DNA from: a virus
Taxonomy: Duplodnaviria > Caudoviricetes
IMG/VR virus record: IMGVR_UViG_3300020477_000002
Location: 1 to 62,229 of that record
Length of the DNA stretch: 62,229 nucleotides
Reading direction: 5' to 3' (one strand)
Numbering within the stretch: the stretch's first letter is position 1; every line of letters starts with the position of its first letter. Below are positions 1 through 8,432 of this stretch, one piece after another. The notes beneath the pieces are model-generated. The model saw only the letters and a list, made by a program, of their open reading frames with translations. It was not told the DNA's origin and searched no databases. A program made the translations under genes and the position numbers.

Positions 1-77
1 ATCAGGCACATACCCGCACATACAGGCGTGTGTGAATGCCGAACCAACCCCACGCACAGGAGTGAACGATGGGAAAT
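1..77. repeat. Exact 77-bp terminal direct repeat (copy 1); circular assembly overlap
   Basis: Identical to 62153-62229; 77 is a common assembler k-mer; the repeat ends inside the start of ORF 69..449. Confidence 0.95.
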
Positions 78-449
78 CTAGCAACAAAGCTACTCGAAGA
101 CGTAGCACAAATGCAATCACAGATTGCATCACTTGAAAAGGCCGTAGCGAAGCTAAGCAAACCAAGCAGAGCTAGAAGCGTAGCTTCCAGTGAAGCAGAG
201 CTTCAGCAGTTCCTGACGAAGCACGAGGAGGGCAAACCCTTCGCCCAGCTTCGGAAGGCTCTGGATGAGCACTACGCTGACTTCGCCAACTCCAGCTTAG
301 CAGAGCTAAGCCGGAAGCTGTTCAACAACGCAAAGATTAAAAATCTTTGCAAGGCTTGGGCAACACACCACAAAGAACCTTCGGTTCTGAAGTGGGCAAC
401 GGCTAAGACCAGAAACAACGCCAAGATTTTGGCTTGGTACAAAGGCTAA
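69..449 (+). CDS. Hypothetical basic helical protein, monocistronic, probably immediate-early
   Basis: 126-aa ORF, SD AGGAG at 58-62, own terminator downstream. Confidence 0.8.
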   Translation: MGNLATKLLEDVAQMQSQIASLEKAVAKLSKPSRARSVASSEAELQQFLTKHEEGKPFAQLRKALDEHYADFANSSLAELSRKLFNNAKIKNLCKAWATHHKEPSVLKWATAKTRNNAKILAWYKG

Positions 450-462
450 AGCCTTTACCCAG

Positions 463-502
463 AACCCCTTGTGGATCTACGGATCTGCAGGGGGTTTTTT
501 TT
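463..502 (+). terminator. Rho-independent terminator
   Basis: acccctt-gtggatc-TACG-gatctgc-agggggt stem with UNCG tetraloop followed by a T8 run. Confidence 0.9.
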
Positions 503-609
503 ATGCCTACAGGATTTAACAGCCAGTCTGTTACAACCCCAATGGCAATTAACTCTGGTATAACAGTTGCTTATGCCAGTCAATGTAAACCATGTAATCG
601 GAGCGTAGT

Positions 610-852
610 ATGACGAAGGAAATAATCAAGCCAACCCCACATAGAGGGGCAAGGATATGCTGGACAAATATACGTCCATTGCCAGCTAACACAGTTGGTA
701 AAACGAACTTCAGTTTCACTGAACCTGTTGTAAGGCACTTTGAAGGCGAGCCTATGGTATCTGAGGAGGATGCGAAGCCTAAGAAAGTAGTGAAAGTGAA
801 GTGCAATGCTGATGGTATACCGAAGATCAAGTGGTTTGACCAGAAGATCTAG
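610..852 (+). CDS. Hypothetical protein
   Basis: 80-aa ORF with GGAG SD. Confidence 0.6.
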   Translation: MTKEIIKPTPHRGARICWTNIRPLPANTVGKTNFSFTEPVVRHFEGEPMVSEEDAKPKKVVKVKCNADGIPKIKWFDQKI

Positions 853-861
853 GCAGAGTGT

Positions 862-1007
862 GTAGTCTGGTAAAAGGTCAGGGGTTTCACCTAGTACCAG
901 ACTACGATCCCTCAGGGTGAGGGTTCATCTAAAGGGTTTATAACAGGGTCAATTAGCTTAGGCTAAGTGGTTGTTTTATAAGCCTTTTAACTCATCGTAA
1001 ACGATGA
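862..1007 (+). other. Cluster of intergenic stem-loops
   Basis: gtagtctggta/taccagactac (862-905), ccctca-ggg-tgaggg (909-923), aagggtttataa/ttataagccttt (~932-987), tcatcgt/acgatga (992-1007). Confidence 0.6.
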
Positions 1008-1052
1008 TTACATTTTCAAGCCTATATATATATTTTATTTACTATAAGACTA

Positions 1053-1086
1053 TATATAAAGAAAAGAAATATATAAAGAAAAGAAA
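1053..1086 (+). repeat. 17-bp tandem repeat x2 in an AT-rich tract
   Basis: TATATAAAGAAAAGAAA at 1053-1069 and 1070-1086. Confidence 0.85.
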
Positions 1087-1295
1087 GTTACATAGCTTTG
1101 TAACCTACCTGTAAGTTCCACAGTTACACAACCTTCCCAATTTACGTTTAAAACCACGCTAGATTGAAACGATGTCCTAACACTAGGTAAGCGTAGCCTT
1201 GTAATCATTCGTTTCATTCTAGGGGTGTTTTGAACATCCTATGACACAACAATGGTGTTGTTGTCATCTTACCTTAACTCTAAACGGAGTGAACT

Positions 1296-1667
1296 ATGTC
1301 TAATAATAGACGAGTTGAAAGTATTACCGCTAATGGTTGTGAACTTAGCGAAGACAGTACACAAGTACAGAGAGACATTGCATCTGAACTTGCTACACAC
1401 AAGGCAGTGTTCAGCCAGATTGAATCCTGTACTCCTGCTAACCAGAGCAGAGGTGGCTCTTATGGTAAGCATCCTATGCTGGAAGCTAGTAGTGGTACTG
1501 TAACTGAAGTATCCATTGATAACCAAGTTATGTCCTACCTTACAATGCCTAAGCAGAAGCGTAATCGTATACTGCTTGATGGCAGGGTTGTAAACCCTGA
1601 AGGTGAGACAGTGAGATACTGGAAGGATGCTCTGATAAAGGAAGGTGTTGAATCTATCGAGATATAA
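1296..1667 (+). CDS. Hypothetical early protein
   Basis: 123-aa ORF with GGAG SD. Confidence 0.7.
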   Translation: MSNNRRVESITANGCELSEDSTQVQRDIASELATHKAVFSQIESCTPANQSRGGSYGKHPMLEASSGTVTEVSIDNQVMSYLTMPKQKRNRILLDGRVVNPEGETVRYWKDALIKEGVESIEI

Positions 1668-1702
1668 TACTGCCTTTAAATATACATCCTTCAACAGTAG
1701 TT

Positions 1703-1858
1703 CCGGAGTCTTGCATAGCAAGATTTCCCGGTGTGATTACTGAGGTTAGGTTACATCACCTAGCCTCAGTATCATGGGAAGTTTAAACCACATCTGAGTT
1801 GCTTCCCAATAGCTTAGTCAGAATTCTGAGCTATTGGTGTGCAATTCTAATGTCAGAT
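1703..1858 (+). ncRNA. Structured RNA leader or sRNA with three long hairpins
   Basis: 10-, 14- and 12-bp stems whose non-Watson-Crick pairs are G-U on the + strand. Confidence 0.55.
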
Positions 1859-1904
1859 TGCATATATGTCAAGTTATTTTTTACACACTAAACATGGAGG
1901 ATAT

Positions 1905-2093
1905 ATGAGTGAATCACATATCAAGCCCTATGTATGGGATCAGATGGAACTAGTACGAATGCTTACCGATCTATACATGAAAAACAAGGACACTGAACAA
2001 GGGTTAATAAAGGGGATGCTAGGTGAACAAGCAAGCACGGCATTGAGAAAAGCTATCAACCTAGAATTAATCAAATTACTGGAGGAAATATGA
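1905..2093 (+). CDS. Hypothetical early protein (start moved to MSESH)
   Basis: GGAGG SD immediately upstream of ATG 1905. Confidence 0.7.
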   Translation: MSESHIKPYVWDQMELVRMLTDLYMKNKDTEQGLIKGMLGEQASTALRKAINLELIKLLEEI

Positions 2094-2428
2094 ACACTAA
2101 ATCAGTAGGCTCTGCCTTCTTCGATCTAAAAAATATCTGCGAAGAAGTTAGAGGCAGGCTCATCAGGAAGCTGATACGAGAAGCAGTCGGTGAAGCTATC
2201 CAACAGTCTGCTTACCTAGTTGAAAACGATGAGGAAGTGAATGAACTTATAGCTGAGTATTCTACTTCCGTACTACAGGTTACAAGAGTAACTGAAGATG
2301 TAACCCAGCAGATTCGTAATTACTGCATGAAAAATCTCAGTGATGACGAAGATATGAGGGAAGGAGTCAAGGAGGAACGCATGAAAGAGATGCGTGGTGA
2401 GACTGAACCAGTTGAACTAGAGTTTTAA
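2090..2428 (+). CDS. Hypothetical acidic early protein
   Basis: ATGA overlap, GGAGG SD. Confidence 0.75.
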   Translation: MNTKSVGSAFFDLKNICEEVRGRLIRKLIREAVGEAIQQSAYLVENDEEVNELIAEYSTSVLQVTRVTEDVTQQIRNYCMKNLSDDEDMREGVKEERMKEMRGETEPVELEF

Positions 2429-2438
2429 AGGAGAGCTT

Positions 2439-2669
2439 ATGGCAATAATCGGGTTAGAAACCAACAAGATATACAATCATGCTCGTCTAAACGAGATGAT
2501 GTATGTAATGAAAATACTTCACGAAGGTCTTGAAACTATATCAGTTGTTACTGATGAAGACCCAAGATCTATAGCAATAGAAACACTTAAATCAATGGAG
2601 GATGTATGCTCAAAGAGCGAATTAGCAACGACACTTCTAATACCAGAGACACTGAACGAGATGGACTAG
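2439..2669 (+). CDS. Hypothetical early protein
   Basis: AAGGAG SD. Confidence 0.7.
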   Translation: MAIIGLETNKIYNHARLNEMMYVMKILHEGLETISVVTDEDPRSIAIETLKSMEDVCSKSELATTLLIPETLNEMD

Positions 2670-2761
2670 CTTTCATAATCTTTGAGGAGATTGATGATGA
2701 GCAGGCTGTCAAGGAACTAGATCACCAAGTAGACAGGAGGTTACATGCCCACACTAAGTGA
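2606..2761 (+). CDS. Possible 51-aa protein (MLKERISND...), not in the ORF track
   Basis: GGAGG SD; fills the gap between neighbours but overlaps both. Confidence 0.35.
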   Translation: MLKERISNDTSNTRDTERDGLAFIIFEEIDDEQAVKELDHQVDRRLHAHTK

Positions 2762-2945
2762 GGAAGAAATCACTGCCATCATAGATCAGGTTATCATAGA
2801 TGTTGGCAACAAAGATTACACTGCTATCTACGAATTAGTTGAGAAGTTAGCTGAGTTAGATAGTACAAACGTAACCTTACTCCTCAGGGGATTCTTATCG
2901 GAAGGATTCTTTAAAGCAGAGGATAATGCTATGGAGGGAATATGA
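2745..2945 (+). CDS. Hypothetical acidic early protein
   Basis: AGGAGG SD. Confidence 0.75.
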   Translation: MPTLSEEEITAIIDQVIIDVGNKDYTAIYELVEKLAELDSTNVTLLLRGFLSEGFFKAEDNAMEGI

Positions 2946-3142
2946 GTCAAATAACTGATGATGAGTTCATTGATGGACTTGAGGCTTGGCTCAATAAAAC
3001 TGTAGGTAAAACATGGGACTTTCGCTTTGAAAGTTCTGATGCTGAGGCAGGGAATGTTGGGCTTAGTATCTCCATGCAAGTATGGGGATTAAAGTGTGAT
3101 GCTCTGTTAGATTATGATGGTGAAATACAAGGAGGAGCATGA
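2942..3142 (+). CDS. Hypothetical acidic early protein
   Basis: ATGA overlap, GGAGG SD. Confidence 0.75.
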   Translation: MSQITDDEFIDGLEAWLNKTVGKTWDFRFESSDAEAGNVGLSISMQVWGLKCDALLDYDGEIQGGA

Positions 3143-3348
3143 GTGAAATTAAAGAGCATAACCCTCGTGCATTTGATGAGCGTTACATTGAACGCATAGA
3201 GGATACAGTTGATATTGTAGTTGACAACATGGATGTGAAAGATCTTGTTGCATATACAGCAAGCTCATTGAAAGACTACTATGTAAACGTAGCAAGTGAG
3301 GAAGAGATTGAAGAATTGCTACGGGATAACGAACCACTACCATTCTAA
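3139..3348 (+). CDS. Hypothetical acidic early protein
   Basis: ATGA overlap, AGGAGG SD. Confidence 0.75.
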   Translation: MSEIKEHNPRAFDERYIERIEDTVDIVVDNMDVKDLVAYTASSLKDYYVNVASEEEIEELLRDNEPLPF

Positions 3349-3356
3349 GGAGGAAT

Positions 3357-3536
3357 ATGGAGCTAAGAAACTTAACAGAATTCCCAACAGATTACCTTGA
3401 TGCTTACTGTGATGCACAGCATGGGCATACTAATTGGGTAGTGCTAGGGAATAGAACTAAATTTACGATAGATGACCCGAAGATAGCATCTGTTGTAATC
3501 TTTTACAAGAACCCAGCAGAGGAGGAACATGAGTGA
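3357..3536 (+). CDS. 59-aa hypothetical protein (MELRNLTEF...), not in the ORF track
   Basis: AAGGAGG SD; fills the gap exactly. Confidence 0.7.
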   Translation: MELRNLTEFPTDYLDAYCDAQHGHTNWVVLGNRTKFTIDDPKIASVVIFYKNPAEEEHE

Positions 3537-3711
3537 TATAATGGACACAAGAATTGAATGTCCGCATTGCTTTTCACCTAATGTGGATCAGTTCGTAAAC
3601 AACGATGAACTATGGCACTGCCACACCTGCTCAGAGATGTGGGAAGTGGGAGAAAGCCTAGAGTTCTTAACCATTAAACATCCTGAACCTATGGAAGGGG
3701 TAAGCTTATGA
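3529..3711 (+). CDS. Small Zn-ribbon protein
   Basis: CPHC...CHTC. Confidence 0.7.
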   Translation: MSDIMDTRIECPHCFSPNVDQFVNNDELWHCHTCSEMWEVGESLEFLTIKHPEPMEGVSL

Positions 3712-3980
3712 GAGTAATAGTTACAATAGAAGAATCCAGTGGAGGATTTGCTGAGTGGAAAACATATAACATCAGAGTTCGTAAATGTCCACCGCATGAG
3801 GCTATGTTTGGATATGAAACTAAGAGCAATGAGTTTATATGTGAGTTAGAAGATTACTCTGATGAGGATATACGAAAGTATATGGAGAAGGAAGTAACCC
3901 TGACCCATACCGAAGCACAGCAAAGCTTTAACGAGATGGCTAATTACCTGCTGACAGGTAAAAGGGAGGGTGATGGGTGA
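3708..3980 (+). CDS. Hypothetical protein
   Basis: 90-aa ORF, ATGA overlap. Confidence 0.7.
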   Translation: MRVIVTIEESSGGFAEWKTYNIRVRKCPPHEAMFGYETKSNEFICELEDYSDEDIRKYMEKEVTLTHTEAQQSFNEMANYLLTGKREGDG

Positions 3981-4068
3981 CTTCTATTCAAAGCCTGTGA
4001 TTAACTATTACAGGAAAAGAAAACTCCTACCTAAAAAGCCTAAGTAATATACCAGTGTAAAATAAAAC

Positions 4069-4097
4069 TTGACAAGGTGTAACCACTGGTATATCCT
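4069..4097 (+). promoter_or_regulatory. Sigma70 promoter for the AAA/recombination/replication operon
   Basis: TTGACA-17 bp-TATCCT, AT-rich upstream, flanked by an 11-bp inverted repeat (4047-4057 / 4084-4094). Confidence 0.75.
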
Positions 4098-4141
4098 AGC
4101 GATAGTACCAGTCTACTCTAACTAGAAACAAGGGAGAATAG

Positions 4142-4222
4142 ATGGTTGAATTAATAATACCAGCAATTATAGCTGTGATCGTGGTGATCATAGTTATCCA
4201 AGACTTAAATGATAAATATTAA
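4142..4222 (+). CDS. 26-aa single-TM peptide (MVELIIPAIIAVIVVIIVIQDLNDKY), not in the ORF track
   Basis: GGGAG SD; first ORF after the promoter; hydrophobic core. Confidence 0.55.
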   Translation: MVELIIPAIIAVIVVIIVIQDLNDKY

Positions 4223-4234
4223 ACGGAGGAATAT

Positions 4235-5407
4235 ATGAAAGCATTAAACTTTAACGAAACACAGACAGCCGTAGCTCTCTGTATGAAAGCTGATGTAGTA
4301 CCATTCATCTTTGGACATCAGGGTATGGGTAAATCAGCATCCATTAAACAACTGGTTGACCATATCAGTAGTGGCAGAAAGAAACCATTTCACCTGATAG
4401 ATCTAAGACTCTCACAGATTGAAGGCATAGATCTAAGGGGGCTGATGAAAATAGAAGATGGGATTACTAAGTATTACCCACCATCCTACCTAGCACCTAT
4501 GCTTGAGAAGGATTGGGAAGGTACTATCTTCATGGATGAGTACATGCTTGGTGATACTGATGCTCGTAAGGGATCTATGCAGTTAACAACTGACCGAAGG
4601 ATCGGGGAGTTTGTGTTCTCACCTAAGGTGTATCCTGTTATGGCATCGAACAGAACTCAGGATGAAACCATGCAGGGTAAACTGTCAGGCCCAGAGGCTA
4701 ACAGGTTTGCCATATGGGAGATGGATTATGATGCAGATTATTTTAATCAGGCTGCCGTAGCTGGATTTGAATCTGACTATAGTCATCTGCCTAAGTGGGA
4801 TGACCTGCCTGATCCACTGTCAAGAGAGGATAAGCACCCTGTTGATGGAAGGATAAGGTTCTTTATAGCCAATCAGGACACAACAAATAACCCTGTGTTT
4901 AAGAACTTTGATCGAGCATCTTTCAAGGCTGGATCATTTGCCCATGCTACTCCACGTTCATGGCATGCAGTGAGTAGAATCCTGCAAGTTTGTGATCGGG
5001 ATGCAGAGGTATGGGAGAAACTACCTAGCTTCAAGTCTATCCGCAGAGCATTAGTATGTGGATTGGTTGGAGATGGAGTAGGGACTAGCTTTACTGGCAT
5101 GATTGATCAGCTAGATAAGTTAGTTGATATCGAAGCAGTTAAACGTGATGGGTCTAAGGCTAAACTGCCTGACCAGAATGACTCCATGTGTGTAGGAATC
5201 TGCTGGATCTCAGTAGGTGTACTCACAAATGAGAGACACTTCACCCCAGAGACTGCTGATAATATTATCAAGTACATCAAACGACTTGGTGATATATGTA
5301 AGGAGTTACCTCAGACAGCTAAGGCTATGATTGAGGGTACAAATTGCCCATCAATTCAGAGTGCCATTGAGAACAGCAAGGAATATCACAAGCTTGCTGC
5401 TGCATAG
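4235..5407 (+). CDS. MoxR-like AAA+ ATPase
   Basis: Walker A GHQGMGKS, IDLRLSQ, Walker B IFMDE, ASNR sensor, NRF Arg finger, TPRSW. Confidence 0.9.
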   Translation: MKALNFNETQTAVALCMKADVVPFIFGHQGMGKSASIKQLVDHISSGRKKPFHLIDLRLSQIEGIDLRGLMKIEDGITKYYPPSYLAPMLEKDWEGTIFMDEYMLGDTDARKGSMQLTTDRRIGEFVFSPKVYPVMASNRTQDETMQGKLSGPEANRFAIWEMDYDADYFNQAAVAGFESDYSHLPKWDDLPDPLSREDKHPVDGRIRFFIANQDTTNNPVFKNFDRASFKAGSFAHATPRSWHAVSRILQVCDRDAEVWEKLPSFKSIRRALVCGLVGDGVGTSFTGMIDQLDKLVDIEAVKRDGSKAKLPDQNDSMCVGICWISVGVLTNERHFTPETADNIIKYIKRLGDICKELPQTAKAMIEGTNCPSIQSAIENSKEYHKLAAA

Positions 5408-5415
5408 GAGGATAC

Positions 5416-5667
5416 ATGATCTTCGTAGCTGTCACACCACTCCAGTGGAGATGGGCTTTCACTATTGAGGAGGCACAACAGAAGTCACTGGAAACTTTTA
5501 AGAAGATGAAGGAGCAAGGCTTATATAAGATGTACATTCCTATGAAAGTCTATGCCTTAAAGAGTGGAGTTACTGCACAGAAATTCCACATTGAACATGA
5601 CACCGATCTCCTCGGCAGGTATCAAGCCGTAGCCAGAGGTGGTCAATGGATTATAACTAAAATATAA
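5416..5667 (+). CDS. Hypothetical protein
   Basis: AGGAGG SD. Confidence 0.65.
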   Translation: MIFVAVTPLQWRWAFTIEEAQQKSLETFKKMKEQGLYKMYIPMKVYALKSGVTAQKFHIEHDTDLLGRYQAVARGGQWIITKI

Positions 5668-5676
5668 GGAGCTAAT

Positions 5677-6054
5677 ATGACTACATTAAATAAAGATGGT
5701 ACACCCAGAAAGAAAAGAATAACCAAGCAAATGATCATGGCAAAGAATAGGAAGAATGGTCAGAAGAAAGCATGGGCTACACGTAAGGAAAGATATCCTG
5801 AAACCAATGGATACAAACCTGAGATGGTTGACACTGACGTTAAGATTAGTGCACCTGTATCCACTGTTAAGGCGGAGCCTGTTGAATCTTCACTCACCCC
5901 TGATGTCTTGGAAAAGTTAATACAACTTGAAGACTTCCTTAATGATATCCCCGGCAATAACTTTAATAGAGATCAGTTTATTGCCAATGCAATTATCAAT
6001 GCAATAAATAGTGCCCTTGCAATACAGGGTGTTACACTCGTAACTAAAGACTAA
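5677..6054 (+). CDS. Hypothetical protein with basic N-terminus, possibly DNA-binding
   Basis: AAGGAG SD; KKAWATRKER. Confidence 0.7.
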   Translation: MTTLNKDGTPRKKRITKQMIMAKNRKNGQKKAWATRKERYPETNGYKPEMVDTDVKISAPVSTVKAEPVESSLTPDVLEKLIQLEDFLNDIPGNNFNRDQFIANAIINAINSALAIQGVTLVTKD

Positions 6055-6074
6055 CATTTATTTAGGAGGAATAT

Positions 6075-7034
6075 ATGTCAGACAATTTATTTAATCCAAC
6101 AGGTGAACCAGAACCACAGATATTAACTGGTGCTATGCTTGTTGAGTTAAACCTGAAACAGTTCGGGTTGACTCGCAAGCTAGGCTGGGAAGCGGCACGA
6201 GCTATATCGAATGACAGTGGTAACAAGGAGTCATTCACTGGTGGTCAGTCACCTACAACTAAGGCATCCAAGTGGATTATACCGAAGCATCTGTATGATC
6301 CCATTCAAAAGTACCAGAGCGAAACACGTAGGATTCATAATGATTATACGTGTGGTATGCGATGGACTACTAACATGGATATCATGTCCACTAGGATGTA
6401 CTCAGGTGGTGGGCATGGTATGAAACCCTATGCTGAGTTCATTGAGGAAAGAAAGTTTGGACTTGAATCCTTGAAGCATGACTTTGCTTACAACATCTAT
6501 CCTCAGGCAGTTATCACTGCAAAGAATGATCTCGGTGGGTTGTATCAGGAAGAAGATTACCCATCACATGATGAGGTCTATCACACTATCAGTATGCAGG
6601 TTAATGTAACTCCGATTGCAAAGGGATCAGACTTCAGGTGTTCACTTGATCCTAAGGTGCAGGAAGAGATGGCACATGAGCATGACAAAAGACTTCTCGA
6701 AGTACAGAAGGACAGCGTTATGAAATTAATAGCCGGACTATCGGAGAAGGTACAGCATATACATGACAGTATAGAGAACGACAGGGTCTTGCATGATAAG
6801 ACTCTGTCTGACCTGTATAAGCATGCTATTAACCTACCTGCTATTGACTTTACTTCTGATGACACACTATCTGACATAGCATCTCAGGTAGCAATGTCAT
6901 TGATGGATCAAGGCAACCTCGATAAAGAAAGTCTTAAGGATAAGTCAGTGAGGGAGCGTACCAAGCAGGAAGCAGATGATCTGGCAAGGAAGCTGGATGC
7001 ATATGCTGATGTTAAACAACAGGAGGCAACATGA
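6075..7034 (+). CDS. DUF3150-like conserved phage protein
   Basis: AMLVELNL...TRKL N-terminus; lies between the AAA and VWA genes. Confidence 0.6.
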   Translation: MSDNLFNPTGEPEPQILTGAMLVELNLKQFGLTRKLGWEAARAISNDSGNKESFTGGQSPTTKASKWIIPKHLYDPIQKYQSETRRIHNDYTCGMRWTTNMDIMSTRMYSGGGHGMKPYAEFIEERKFGLESLKHDFAYNIYPQAVITAKNDLGGLYQEEDYPSHDEVYHTISMQVNVTPIAKGSDFRCSLDPKVQEEMAHEHDKRLLEVQKDSVMKLIAGLSEKVQHIHDSIENDRVLHDKTLSDLYKHAINLPAIDFTSDDTLSDIASQVAMSLMDQGNLDKESLKDKSVRERTKQEADDLARKLDAYADVKQQEAT

Positions 7035-8425
7035 CTCCGAAACCTAAGGGGCAGTCTAAGTATGATGATCCTAACTCAGGGTATACAGAAATAGATAAGG
7101 AGTTTATGGAGAAACGTGCCAAGCAGAGGTATATAGAGGCACAAACCTACCTAGTACGCAAGATACCTGTACTAGGTATACCTCTCTTGGAGAAGCTTCC
7201 ACCTAAGCAATCATACAAGGTGCAAGCGATGGCAACTGATGGTACTTGTATCATTTACAATCCAGAGTGGGTAGTACAACAACCACTCCTTGAACTTGTA
7301 CATGTCATTGCACATGAGGTAGCACACGTAGCATTTAAACATATGACTAGACGTAAGAACAGGTGTCAGAAGTTATGGAATGTAGCAACTGACTATCAGG
7401 TTAACTCCTACCTCCACTTGATGGGGGTAGGGCAGATGCCTAAGAACTGTTTATATGACGAGAAGTATAACGGGATGCTCATGTCCTCGGATGCTATATA
7501 TAATGACCTCGTTCAGAACTCTAAACCTGATCCTAATGGTGATGAACCAGACAAAGAACAGGAAGAGACTAGCCAAGGGGATGGCGATAGCGATAGCAGT
7601 GGCAATGACACTCCACAAAACAATAACTTTGAGGAGGAAATGGAAATTGCTGCAAGCTATGGATGGGTTGATGACTATGATGGCAGTGATCCAGATGCAT
7701 TCGGTCAGGATGAGAATGGTGATAAGCCTGTCAACATTACACCTGCTGATCTGCAAGAACTTGAAGCAGAGATTGAAGAGGCTATTTCTCATGGTGAATT
7801 TGCACACAGTAAGATATCTGGTGATCAACCACCAGTATCTATCAATGAAATCATGGAGCCTGCCAATGTAGAAGTTATAGATTGGGAGGATGCACTGCAG
7901 GAATTCCTAACTGAGAAGGTAAAAACATTTAAGAACTGGAACAGACCACATAAGAGATGGTTGCAACAGGGATTCTGGTTGCCTTCTAAGGGAGCATATG
8001 GACTGAAGGATATCGTTATAATGAATGACGAGTCTGGGTCTATGTCTGAAGAGGAAAACCAAGCATGCCTTACTAACATAGATGAGTTGAATCAACAAGG
8101 TCTTGTCAGCTTTGACAGGGTTGTGCTTATGCACTTCACTACTAGGGTTTCACATATAGAATACTTTGAACCCGGTGATGACCTGATCTATAGACGACAC
8201 TCATCAGGAGGTACATGCTTTGATACAGTATTCAAAAAGGCTAAGGAGTTAGAGGAAGATAGTCTGATAGATCCGTCTTGCTACATAGTAATGACTGATA
8301 TGTATGACTGGTTCCCACCTGAGCCTGAGCACCCTGTTCTGTGGATGTCGGTAACAAGCCCACAAGAACTTTACTCTAATGAAATGATCCCAAGTTATGG
8401 GAAGATAACACACCTACAAATATAA
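7031..8425 (+). CDS. DUF2201-type metallopeptidase plus VWA-like domain protein
   Basis: MATDG, HEVAH (HExxH), WNVATDY, acidic linker, MIDAS DESGSM, GGT, MTD. Confidence 0.9.
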   Translation: MTPKPKGQSKYDDPNSGYTEIDKEFMEKRAKQRYIEAQTYLVRKIPVLGIPLLEKLPPKQSYKVQAMATDGTCIIYNPEWVVQQPLLELVHVIAHEVAHVAFKHMTRRKNRCQKLWNVATDYQVNSYLHLMGVGQMPKNCLYDEKYNGMLMSSDAIYNDLVQNSKPDPNGDEPDKEQEETSQGDGDSDSSGNDTPQNNNFEEEMEIAASYGWVDDYDGSDPDAFGQDENGDKPVNITPADLQELEAEIEEAISHGEFAHSKISGDQPPVSINEIMEPANVEVIDWEDALQEFLTEKVKTFKNWNRPHKRWLQQGFWLPSKGAYGLKDIVIMNDESGSMSEEENQACLTNIDELNQQGLVSFDRVVLMHFTTRVSHIEYFEPGDDLIYRRHSSGGTCFDTVFKKAKELEEDSLIDPSCYIVMTDMYDWFPPEPEHPVLWMSVTSPQELYSNEMIPSYGKITHLQI

Positions 8426-8432
8426 GGTACAT

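Noticed and set aside
1-77. 77-bp terminal repeat as a biological direct terminal repeat
   Set aside because: The length equals a standard assembly k-mer and the repeat cuts into a gene start; better explained as circular overlap
450-1905. CRISPR or mini-array in the hairpin-rich non-coding DNA
   Set aside because: The hairpins differ in sequence, there is no regularly spaced identical repeat, and I found no cas genes
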